NCBI RefSeq assembly: GCF_006345805.1 | Contig: NC_043002.1 | Span: 70,060,001-70,124,000 of the forward strand | DNA: 64,000 nt | DNA from: Octopus sinensis | Taxonomy: Eukaryota | Reading direction: 5' to 3' | In this document: positions 52,667-64,000 of the stretch, one piece after another | Layout of the letters: each line of letters starts with the position of its first letter | How positions within the stretch are numbered: position 1 is the first letter of the stretch | Notes under the pieces: model-generated | Told to the model about the DNA's origin: nothing | The model's input: only the letters and a program-made list of their open reading frames with translations | The model's database searches: none | Program-made: the position numbers and the translations under genes

Positions 52667-53032
52667 ATATATTCACATACACGCGCGCATGCGCACATAT
52701 ACACATCCATACACACAAATAAACGCTCATACCATGCACATATCATATCTGTATGTATGAGATTATGAGATTGTATAGTTAGCTGGTATTGCTATAGATT
52801 CAAACTCTTGATAGTGTTCAATAGTTTTTTTTTATCAAGTAAAGTTTCTTTGAAGATTTTGCACACCTTAGTCAACAGTTTGTGTTGCGCATTAATCGAA
52901 TTGTTCTGAGTGATTTTCTATTAAATATGGATTTTACAGTTCTGTCTTTCAGATTCAACTTTTGAGAGTGATTGCTTTTTGGTCTTTATGGTATTATCAT
53001 GTAATCACTTTTACATACGTTTCGATTCCAGC

Positions 53033-53034
<2 letters not shown>

Positions 53035-53091
<57 letters not shown>

Positions 53092-53163
53092 CGTCTGTCT
53101 GTCTGTCTCTCTATCTATCTGTCTATCTATCTGTCTGTCTGTCTGTCACTCTCTCTCTCTCTA

Positions 53164-53212
<49 letters not shown>

Positions 53213-53215
53213 ATA

Positions 53216-53298
<83 letters not shown>

Positions 53299-53375
53299 GT
53301 CTGTCTCTCTCTCTCTGTCTCTCTCTCTCTGTCTCTCTGTCTCTCTGTCTCTCTCTCTGCCTGTCTGTCTAGCTG
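53035..53375. repeat. (TATC)/(TGTC)/(TC)n compound microsatellite
   Basis: Direct reading. Confidence 0.95.
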
Positions 53376-53644
53376 CCTATCTGTCTGTTTTTCTATTTAT
53401 TCATTCATCAACATTTATCCATGTCTATTTACCCACCCTCATGCACACACATATATATCTACACACTTAAAACCACAGGCTTAAATACACACATATATAG
53501 TGTTAGACTTTTGCATCATTGGCTCATGGCTCTGTAGAGAGCATTCACGTTGGGCCTGTAGAAAGTTTCCGTGTTGGGCTCGTAGAGGGCTTCAGCATTG
53601 ATTCACTCGAAAGCTTCAATAACGGCTCAGTAAAGGGCTTCTAT

Positions 53645-53865
53645 GTGGAGGCACATGGCCTAGTGGTTAGAGCAGCGGATTCGCAATCGAGGGATCGCGG
53701 GTTCGAATCTCAGACCGGGCGATGTGTGTGTTTATGAACGAAACACTTAAGCTCCACGAGGCTCCGGCAGAAGGTAATGACGACCTTCTGCTGACTCTTT
53801 CGTCACAACTTTCTCTCACTCTTTCCTCCTGCATTTTGCAGCTCACCTGCGATGGACCGGCACAA
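53645..53865 (+). mobile_element. SINE family C
   Basis: gtggaggcacatggcctagtggttagagcagcgg...gggttcgaatctc. Confidence 0.8.
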
Positions 53866-54566
53866 ACGGACAGAAGACAAGCACAGAAGGTCCCTAATTC
53901 TTCATTAATTATCAATCAGATGGTATTACTCAGTTTCGCACCATTAATGATAAGACTGAGGTTCCCGCGGAAGTTGCGGAGAAGATAAGACCGAGTGCAA
54001 ACAATACATGGATAACAAGCGATACAGAAATGGACATACGAAAGTAAATAGTTTTAATTTAAGACGATAGGCAAAAGATAAAGACGAAATACATAAGAAA
54101 CGAGCACAGAATAGCCTCAGGGTAACGCTTGCTAAAGGCTTAGAAAACAACAAATAGCAAAGCATGTGCCGGTGTGACACAGAGAATTTAGGACCGGTAA
54201 ACGCATCCGGTATAAGAAAGGGAGAGAAAGAAAGGTTAGCCACGGGTCACGTGTCAGCAGCAGGCAGAGAAGAAGGAAGGAAAGAGAGAGGGAGAGAGAG
54301 AGAGACGATGGAACTGACCGTTCGGTATCAATACATACATATGTTATATTATATTATGCTATATTATATTAAATTGTATTATATTTCATTATATTATGTT
54401 TTGTTATATTATATTATATTATATTATATTATATTATATTATATCACACTGTATGTATAATGTTGAAATTTTAAATTGAGGAATCTGAGCTTCACAGATC
54501 CGATTTGCAAAAAAAATCTGAACAATAAAACAAGTAAATTGTTAAAAAGTACATTCAGAAAGCGAA

Positions 54567-54605
<39 letters not shown>

Positions 54606-54904
54606 CTGGTAGGATACCAGTTTAAACATATAATCCATATAATCGAATCATAAAAATATTTGATTTCATGTATTAGAAAATGAAATATTTGATTAAATAT
54701 ATAGAGAAAAAGGACAAAAAAAAATCAAATAAATAATTAGATCAACAAATAAAATATAAACATCTTACATGCAAATACATACAAAGACACATGTATAACT
54801 AATACATGTCAGTTCTGTTTGTTCAGTCAGAGCTAGGAAGAAGGGCAACACGAACATGAAGAATATAGCCATTAGGTTAGGTTCTTTTTATTGTTACTTT
54901 TTAC

Positions 54905-55095
54905 TATAGAGACAAAGCCATGAAATTATCGAGGAGGGAGCTTGTAGACTGCATCGACCTCGGTGCTCGACTGGTACTTATTTTATCAACTCCGAAAGGA
55001 TGAAAAGCAAATCGATCTCGGCGTCATTGAAGCTCTGAATGTAAAGCTGGAAGAAATGGCGTTCAGCATTTTATCCAGCGTTACTAACAATTCTA
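54905..55095 (-). mobile_element. SINE family A, diverged
   Basis: ctggtacttattttatcaactccgaaaggatgaaaagcaaatcga. Confidence 0.7.
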
Positions 55096-55267
55096 TTAAA
55101 AACGTATGCGCGCGGCAAAATATTTTCCCACATTTTATAGATTGACAAATATTTTCAAGAGAGAAAGGACAATGCAAACCATTTCAAATTATTATGGTAA
55201 GTAAAGCAAAAACGATTAAATATAAGCTGCACGAGGACATCATTATCACATGAGTAATTTTAATATT

Positions 55268-55582
55268 GTGGAGGCGCAATGGCCCAGTGGTTAGGGCAGC
55301 GGATTGCGGTCGGAAGATCGCGGTTTCGATTCCCACACCGGGCGTTGTGCGTGTTTATTGAGCGAAAACACCTAAAACTCCACGAGGCTCCGGCAGGGGG
55401 CGGTGGCGACCCCTGTTGTACTCTTTCGCCTCAACTTTCTTTCACTCTTTATTCTTGTTTCTTGAGTAACGCTGCGATGGACTGGCGTCCCGTCCAGCTG
55501 GGGGGAACACATACGCCATAGAAACCGGGAAACCGGGCCCACGAGCCTGTCTAGGCTTGAAAAGGGCGTATAAATAAATAAT
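55268..55582 (+). mobile_element. SINE family C, apparently full length with (TAAA) tail
   Basis: tRNA-like head to ...ggcgtataaataaataa. Confidence 0.85.
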
Positions 55583-55606
55583 AAATTTTAATATTACTAG
55601 ACCAGT

Positions 55607-55765
55607 TAGTTTGTCTTTACGTTCTGAGTTCAAATTCCGCGGAGGTCAACTTTGCTTTCATCTTATCGGGGTTGATAAATTAAGTGCCAGTTGCGTACTG
55701 TGGTCGATCAAATCGACTGCCCCCCCCCCCAAATTTCGGGCCTTGTGCCTAGAGTAGAAAAGAAC
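55607..55765 (+). mobile_element. SINE family A, 5'-truncated, 14-bp TSD
   Basis: attactagaccagt at 55593-55606 and 55766-55779. Confidence 0.88.
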
Positions 55766-57109
55766 ATTACTAGACCAGTGGCCATGTAAACTGTTTTTTA
55801 TATACTCAGTCCTATTCCTCATTTTTTTAGGAGGGGGTAACCACAACAAGACACATACCAGGCATTCCATTCACTTCCCAGCTCAAAGAGGCGAGCCCCG
55901 TCCTATGCTCGGGTCAAAGCTTAGAACGCAACCCCCGATGTCAGTAGTGGGGCCCTACAGCATAAGCAGGTTTACTCTCGCCGCATCATGCTGGTTCCGT
56001 ACCCCTTTGAATTAACATCAAATTCACTCAGTCGTCCACAAACACTCTCTAAGCTTTCCCATCATTTATAAACTCTCTTGCCTCTCTCACTCCAACACTT
56101 CTAACCACCAAAGTTTTCATTACTCCATACATTCACACAAACCATGTAAAATATGGGAGCTTTTTCTTTCTCAGTAAATTTAGAAATAATTTATAATATA
56201 CCAAAGTGAAGTATTTGGACTGAGGTAGTAGAACGCCTCAGTGATTCAGCAAGTTTTGTTATCTCACTCAATGCAATGCATTTCGAATACCACCTTTCAT
56301 AAGCGAAGATCGATAAAAATAAGACTTAGCATTTTTATTCAATCGGGTCGATATTTTACGTGAATCGTCTTGAAAATATTACTGGAGTCGTCTGTTGAAT
56401 CGGCTACACATAGTTCTATCTTAGAGATATAGTCTTGGCATTATGCCAAGTCAAAAGAAAAGAAAAAAAAACAACCCCATAAAAAATCAATACTTAATGT
56501 AACTTAATTCAGAAATAATAGTTTTAGGACAAAGTACTCGCATGAAAATGTAGATGAATGGGAAAATATTGGCGTATGCATTTTCAGTTTTGTCGAAACT
56601 TAAGACACAGAAAGTTATGGGTAGGTGGGTGGGTTGGTGTGGTGGTGAAGGTGGGGAGCGAACAAACAGAAGCGAAAACAAATTCCGATAGACATACGCC
56701 ACGCACACACATACGCACTATCAAATGCTGACACACATAAAAGATCATGCATTCCTTTGTGCCACAAGAGTCGAAGCGGATTAACACACGCACATACATA
56801 GATGCACACGCACACGCACACACATATATGTATACATATGTATATATGTATATAAATATATATATATGTATATATATATATACATGCATATATATATGTA
56901 TATATTATAGATATCTATATCTGTGTGTATATATACATGTATGTATATATGTATATATATATATATGTATATTGTATATGGATATATATATCTATATCTT
57001 CATACATAAGCATGCGTATATACATATGTATATATATGTATGTATATATACGAACACAAACACGCATATATATAGATATACATGTACATATATAAATATA
57101 TATATATAT

Positions 57110-57177
<68 letters not shown>

Positions 57178-57679
57178 TGTATCTGTATGAATATGTGCAT
57201 ATATAGTGTACATGTACCTGTATAATAGAGATATTTCGATAAATACGTACCGAACATCTATCAGTTAAGCAATATCCAGTCGTACGTACGTTCCAACTGA
57301 ATTCACTTGTCTGATATGCAAACGTTCTCGAAATTTCCTTTTCCTTTTTTTGGGGGGGTATGTGTGTTTCATCTTTTTCTCTATTTCTGTTAGTTAATAA
57401 AAAATCAATACACAGATTCTTCCAATGCCAAAATAGTTGAAATGCTTACATGTAAGAGAAAATACGGGAAACGTTACCGCAGGTATATCTAGACATGCAT
57501 CAACATGTAGTATAAATATACAAATGCATGCTCGTGCAAGCGTATGACATGCTTATCCACATACGGTCGTGTATAAGCGTACAGGGGAATGTATTGTTTG
57601 TAAATGACTATAGAACGTAAGTTAGACTCATAAACTAACTCGCCATACAAACACAAAAACACAAATATATATGTATATC

Positions 57680-57725
<46 letters not shown>

Positions 57726-58067
57726 TAATCAATTAAAAAACAAGGTAAAGTTTTTTTATTTTTCATTCCCTTCGAAATTGCTTTTAAATGTGGTTTTGGT
57801 CGTTTAGACTGCACCTTCTATAGCGTGTAAGGTTTCCTGTTAAAGGTCGCCTCTTTTGTTTTTATATGTACACTAATTTTACATGGAGAATATGTTATTT
57901 ATTCAAATGTGTATATATATATTTGTGTGTGTATTTATGTATGTATGTATATATATTCATATATATATACGAGTGTCTCTATCTCTTTTTCTTTCTCTCT
58001 TTCTTATCTGTCTGTCTGTCTGTCTATCTCGCTCTGTCTATATTTATATATATATATATATATAATA

Positions 58068-58121
<54 letters not shown>

Positions 58122-58254
58122 TATTTATATAACGGGAAGGTTTACGAAAATAAACAAAAGACGAAGGCAGATTTACGAAAATAAGCATAAGACGAAGGCA
58201 GATGGAGTACAAACAAACAATGTATTAGTATGGCGCTCAGGAATAGAAATAAAA

Positions 58255-58296
58255 CAAGTCTTTTACGTTTCGAGCCTACGCTCTTCGACAGAAAGA
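58255..58296 (-). ncRNA. Minimal type-I hammerhead ribozyme motif (Penelope type) with one core substitution
   Basis: Minus strand TCTTT-CTGTCGAA-GAGC gtag GCTC-GAAACG-TA-AAAGA: stem I 5 bp, stem II 4 bp, palindromic ACGT stem III. Confidence 0.7.
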
Positions 58297-58688
58297 TACA
58301 CAGAAAAGAAACAAGGAGAGAGAAAAATTGCGTGTAGGGGCTAACGATTCAACGTATATATATATATATATATATATATGTAGACAGAGAGAGATAGTTA
58401 CACTCACGCTCGTTCGTATGCACAAGCAACGCGCATGAATACATTTACATGGTTTACAGGAGCTCATATATACATAGACAGAACGAAACCATTTTCTTTA
58501 AATTTGAACGTATCACAGACACGCTCAACGTACATACACATAGCCGTATATTTTCGCATATACTAAACACTGAAAGCTGATGCTTTCTCGCAAGTATATA
58601 TGGGGATAAATCTACAACATATTTACATATGAATTTACAACGTAAATTGAAAAGGCAAGAGCATGCAACTTATACCTTATTTTAATGA

Positions 58689-58722
<34 letters not shown>

Positions 58723-58744
58723 TATATATATATATATTATATAT

Positions 58745-58800
<56 letters not shown>

Positions 58801-58869
58801 ATATAGTATGTTGGCATAAAGGTGGGGGATTAATATTATATATGCAATAACACACAAACATACATATAT

Positions 58870-59062
58870 AGTTGCATATGGCACTCCGTCAATTACGACG
58901 ACGAGTGTTCCAGTTGATCCGATCAACGGAACAGCCTGCTCGTGAAATTAACGTGCAACAGAAACAGGAAGGAAGAGTGAGAGAAAGTTGTGGTGAAAGA
59001 GTACAGCAGGGTTCGCCCCACCACCTGCCTGAACCACGTAGAGATTTAGGTGTTTTCGCTCA
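58870..59062 (-). mobile_element. SINE family C, internally deleted 3' part
   Basis: caacagaaacaggaaggaagagtgagagaaagttgtggtgaaag shared with 21560-21610. Confidence 0.75.
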
Positions 59063-59147
59063 ATATATATATCTGTCTCTGTCTGTCTGTTTGTCTGTCT
59101 GCCTGTCTGTCTGTCTCCCCCCTCTCTCTCTCTATATATATATATTG

Positions 59148-59463
59148 ACTGGCCTCCGTGCTGGTGGCACGTAACAAACACCATCCGATCGTGGCCGTGC
59201 CAGCCTTGCCTGGCCTCCGTGCCGGTGGCACATAAAAAACACCATCCGAGCGTGGCCGTTCGCCAGCCTCGTCTGGCACCTGTGTCGGTGGCACATAAAA
59301 AGCACCCACTACACTCACAGAGTGGTTGACGTTAGGAAGGGCATCCAGCTGTAGAAACACTGCCAGATCTGACTGGCCTGGTGCAGCCTTCGGGCTACTC
59401 AGACCCCAGTTGAACCGTCCAACCCATGCTAGCATGGAAAGCGGACGTTAAACGATGATGATG
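59148..59463 (+). mobile_element. SINE-like element with three ~60-bp internal repeats and a (GAT)n tail
   Basis: tggc(ctcc/acct)gtg...ggtggcac.taa unit x3; ends aacccatgctagcatggaaagcggacgttaaacgatgatgatg. Confidence 0.75.
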
Positions 59464-59674
59464 TTATATATATTTCAGAATTAGATGTCTCTGGCGATTT
59501 GACGATACGTTTTGATTATGTAATTTACATTATGTAATTTGCACTATGTAACCATTCATCACCTTATGTTAAAGAAACGTGCGTACGATTGTGTAACTAA
59601 ATATATCTAATGTTTTCTTTTCTTTTCTCTCTCTATACGTACACACATCCATACTTTTATATATATATGCTTAC

Positions 59675-60007
59675 GCGCAAGAGTGGCTGTGTGGTAAGAA
59701 GCTTGCTTCCCAATCACATGGTTCCGGGTTCAGTCCCACTGCGTGGCACTTTGGACAAGTATCTTCCACTATAGTCACGGGCCGACTGAAACCTTATGGG
59801 TGGATTTGGTAGACAAACTGAAAGAAACCCGTCGTATATATATGCATGTATATATATATATATATGTGTGTGTATGTGTTTAAATAAGTACTAGAATAAG
59901 TACTAGGCTTACAAAGAATAAGTCCTGGAGTCGATTTATTCGACTAAAGGTGGTGCCCCAGCATGGCCGCAGTCAAGGTGACCGAAACAAGTTAAAGAAT
60001 AAAAGAA
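59675..60007 (+). mobile_element. SINE family B with internal deletion
   Basis: Head and tail modules present. Confidence 0.8.
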
Positions 60008-60540
60008 TATAAATATATTTATATACACACTCATACACACGCTGCAGGGCAGAGAGGTCAGCTAGCAATGGGTTTTTCTGCAAAGATTTCCTGCTAAGAT
60101 GGTTCTATCTCTGAAATATTGAAATCACGGATAAACGTACGAACCGTCGACTTGTATCATTAATTTTTAATGACTTGAATTGTTCTGTTTGGCTTTAAGA
60201 AATTAAATAAAAACAGTTTTATATATATATATATATATACATATGTATAGGCATATCGAGATGCTGAAGCACATATCCGTATGCGTTTATATAGATGCCT
60301 ACATATGCACATGTATGTAGAAAGAGAGAGAAAGAGAGAGAGAGAGAGAGAATGGGGGAGAGAAAGATTGAGTGTGTAGGAATATGGTGTTACTCTGTGT
60401 GTATATATTTATGATATATATCTATGGTTATATGTGTTGTGTGTGTGTATGTATTTGAATATACTTATGCTTTTACACACACACGCACACACGCACACAC
60501 ATATATAGTTCAGTATGAATTCATATATAATTTATGTTAG

Positions 60541-60630
<90 letters not shown>

Positions 60631-61146
60631 ATATATGCGTATGCATGTGAGAGAGAGAGGGAAAGAGCGAGAGAGAGAAGAGAGAGAGAGTGCGTGTGTA
60701 TGTGTGTGTGTGTCTGTATGCTTATATATTTATCATGTGGAGAAGATAAGCCTGTGCTACTCAAAGAAACACGTTTATTGCTGGTCACGTAACTAATTTC
60801 TGACATTGAGCACAATAATTTTATAATAGAAAAAATTTGAGAATTCGCTGAAATGGAAAAACATACACATGTAAAAAAAGTACATATATAAAAGTAGTGC
60901 GCATAAATAAATGATAATAAATATTTATTTACTTACGCACACATACACACACCCACATACGGGCACGCACACACATCTACACATACACCACACGCACACA
61001 TACACACTCTCAAATAAAGGATAATAATATATATATATATGCAAGTGTATATATATGTATGTTTGTGTGTACGCATATATATATATCTATATGTATTGAT
61101 ACATGCACATACAACACGCATATACATAAATAAATGCATGTATATA

Positions 61147-61514
61147 TAGGCGCAGGAGTGGCTGTCTGGTAAGTAGCTTGCTTACCAACCACATTGTTCC
61201 GTGTTCAGTCCCACTGCGCGGCACCTTAGGCAAGTGTCTTCTGCTATAGCTTCGGGCCAACCAAAGCCTTGTGACTGGATTTAGAAGACGGAAACTGAAA
61301 GAAGCCCGTATGTGTGTGTATATGTTTGTGTGTCTGTGTTTGTCCCCCCCCCCCCAACATCGCTTGACAACCGATGCTGGTGTGTTTACGTACCCGTAAC
61401 TTAGCGGTTCGGCAAAAGAGACCGATAGAATAAGTACAAGCTTACAAAGAATAAGTCCTGGGGTCGGTCGATTTGCTCGACTAAATGACTGAAACAAGTA
61501 AAAGAGCAAAAGAG
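61147..61514 (+). mobile_element. SINE family B
   Basis: Head, microsatellite, 3' module. Confidence 0.85.
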
Positions 61515-61536
61515 TATATATAATATATATCATATA

Positions 61537-61607
<71 letters not shown>

Positions 61608-61692
61608 ATATATATCATGGAGAAATAATACAAAATGTATAAAAAGATGATGAGTAAAGCACCGCACAGTTTCCATTGCCTGTTATCCGTAG

Positions 61693-61755
<63 letters not shown>

Positions 61756-62623
61756 CATATAGCGTGTATAGTAATCAACTGTATGTATTTGAATTATTGC
61801 TTAAGTTTTCAAAATATCCTTCTGCGAATATATAATGGGTAGCAAAATCTCTGAAATTGGTTTCGAATGGTTCGCTCTCTGGAAATTCTGCAAGAAATAA
61901 AGAATTTATAAACTCTGTACGTTATACAGGAAACAGCTCCGAATCAAATGCTTCCAGGCGTATCTCATTGACGTTATGTATGGGCAAGATAGAACATAAA
62001 CATACCTCATATAAATTCCATTATGCCTCAATTAATACTAACTTTTCATTAATTCCAATGCTGATTCTGTATAACTGCAACTGGACTTCAGATATTAAAA
62101 GCAAACAAATGATCTTGAGATTGTAGGAACAGAAAATATTAGTTGTAATATAATTTGTTTTAAAGAGCCCAAACCAAGTCATTATAGTCAGTAGTGTCAT
62201 CATTTCTGTGAACGTAACGATCTAAAGATGAGTCTTTAATGAGTTGTCGTGGGAATATTAATTACTATGTTTAATAGCTTCTGTTGATTTCCTCTAAAAT
62301 CCGGTCAGCTAACCAAACAAGCTAATAACATTAAATCGTCGAGGTAATAAAATGGATCTCTAACTTTAAAGATCAGCATCGGAACAGCTCTAACGTCATG
62401 TATAAGAAAGGTGATGAAAACATATAATAATAAATAATAATGGAAAGCACATGAGCAAAGCTGTGAATTGACAAAATCGGTAGAGTGACGGACAAAATAT
62501 CAAGTCCCACCAAGGTTTTAGCTTGCTTTTTAATATATGTCACTTCAGTGCTGGGATCGAGCAAATCGACTGTATTCATCCTCCCAAATTTTAAGATCCT
62601 GTATAGGCCAATGATGATGATGT

Positions 62624-62666
<43 letters not shown>

Positions 62667-63120
62667 AATAATAATAATAATAATAATAATAACGATAGTA
62701 ATGATAATAATAATAACACCGGGGACGTTTAAGATGTGAGAACGATAAAACAGCGCTCCGAAATCTATCCACAAACATCGAAAACAAAGACATCGTATGG
62801 AGCCAAAAATTCACTGACAAAGGATTGGACTATATCCGAGTAAGTAATACTCATTGAAATTTATTACTATTTTCGAAACGAAATTATGTATTTTATCTCG
62901 ATATCATCTCCACCTCTAACACAACACATGTAAACATGCGTGAAACATTACGATCCATCAACACCAGATCATCTCCGACCCCAAACACCATGTACAAAAA
63001 AACTACAAAGAAATTAAATAACACCGATATTATTGAACCCAAGAATAACAATCGGGAAGTACGTACTTTAAACTTACAACATAAAATGTACGAAAAACTA
63101 CACGTGCAAAACAATGTGAC

Positions 63121-63207
<87 letters not shown>

Positions 63208-63216
63208 TTATTATTA

Positions 63217-63291
<75 letters not shown>

Positions 63292-63309
63292 TAATAATAA
63301 TAATATTAA

Positions 63310-63430
63310 TGGTCTACAGCAAATATTCTGCTCAGTACCACAGAGATATGTTTTTCAGTTCTTTGACCTTAACCAGTTGAACATGTCCTTAGTGGCTGAC
63401 GATATGTGCATCTCTGATCACGAGCAGAAG
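63310..63430 (+). mobile_element. Internal fragment of the ~550-bp element
   Basis: ctacagcaaatattctgctc...catctctgatcacgagcagaag, preceded by (TAA)n. Confidence 0.8.
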
Positions 63431-63750
63431 AAAAAGATTGCCAGCATTAAAAAACATCAACAGAAGGAATCTAAAAGTAATGACTAGGAAAGTAGATTCT
63501 GTTATCAGGAGAATAGATAATAAAAATATAGAAGACACTAACTTATTGATCCATGCAGGAGAGGTAGTAGTTACCAGAAGATTAGCTGTCTCACAGGGAA
63601 ACATTAAAAAAGAGCAAATTTGGGAAAGGAGACTACAAAATAAAGTGAAGTCTTTAAGACAAGATCTGAGTAGAAAAGAAACCTGGAAACTGAACATGTT
63701 AGGAAGCACAAGATGCAGATCCTCCCTCGAGAAAAGATACTTAGTCAAAG
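63431..63750 (+). pseudogene. R4/Dong-type ORF N-terminal fragment
   Basis: RLPALKN...IEDTNLLIHAGEVVVTRRL...WERRLQNKVKSLRQDLSR, typical of the R4/Dong pre-RT region. Confidence 0.7.
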
Positions 63751-63787
<37 letters not shown>

Positions 63788-63792
<5 letters not shown>

Positions 63793-64000
63793 TAGTTTTA
63801 TTTTTATAGCGTGCTTTCACTTCACTACCGAGCGCAGCTCTGTGTGCTTTGGGTATGTGCTGTGATTTGTTGTGATGCTCTGATGGTTATTGTATGGAAA
63901 GTGTTCTGCGTAGGATGTGTGCAGTGCCTAGTAGTGCAATTTTCTGTATGTTATATGTGTTTGTAAGTCCTGGTGTTTTTGTTATGTATTTGTCTGAATA
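63788..64000 (-). mobile_element. R4/Dong-clade LINE 3' end, runs off the window
   Basis: Reverse complement of the 14230-14440 sequence, with a (TTA)n tract at 63752-63787. Confidence 0.9.

Noticed and set aside
55900-56180. Possible CR1-type LINE 3' remnant
   Set aside because: Resemblance too weak and spread across frames.
56221-56231. TGAGGTAGTAG, identical to the let-7 5' end
   Set aside because: Match stops after 11 nt; the local hairpin (actgagg/cctcagt) is far too short for a pre-miRNA.
61775-61887. Candidate terminal exon on the minus strand (tttcttgcag|..FPESEPFETNFRDFATHYIFAEGYFENL..)
   Set aside because: Good acceptor, but no compatible upstream exon, no recognisable domain, and it runs into (TA)n.

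Overview
AT-rich eukaryotic repeat-dominated window; no host protein-coding exon could be supported. The SINE families and extreme microsatellite density resemble an octopus/coleoid cephalopod genome (inference from recalled repeats, not a database hit). Most listed ORFs are read-through of trinucleotide microsatellites. Supported content: (1) an R4/Dong-clade non-LTR retrotransposon whose 5'-truncated copies sit in (TAA)n tracts and stack at 13.6-17.7 kb, interleaved with a ~550-bp non-coding element in the same TAA context; (2) a decayed L1/Tx1-like LINE (6.1-9.2 kb, minus); (3) a Penelope-like element (RT + GIY-YIG, 22.6-26.0 kb) closed by ~455-bp inverted arms carrying a hammerhead-ribozyme-like motif, plus smaller Penelope-type tails with fold-backs and hammerhead-like cores (best at 58.26 kb); (4) mariner, Tc1, hAT-type MITE, Helitron and fold-back remnants; (5) about 25 tRNA-headed SINE copies from several families, some nested with target-site duplications; (6) an 880-bp-period near-perfect tandem duplication. 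Translations and alignments were done by eye, so boundaries are approximate unless a TSD or TIR is quoted.
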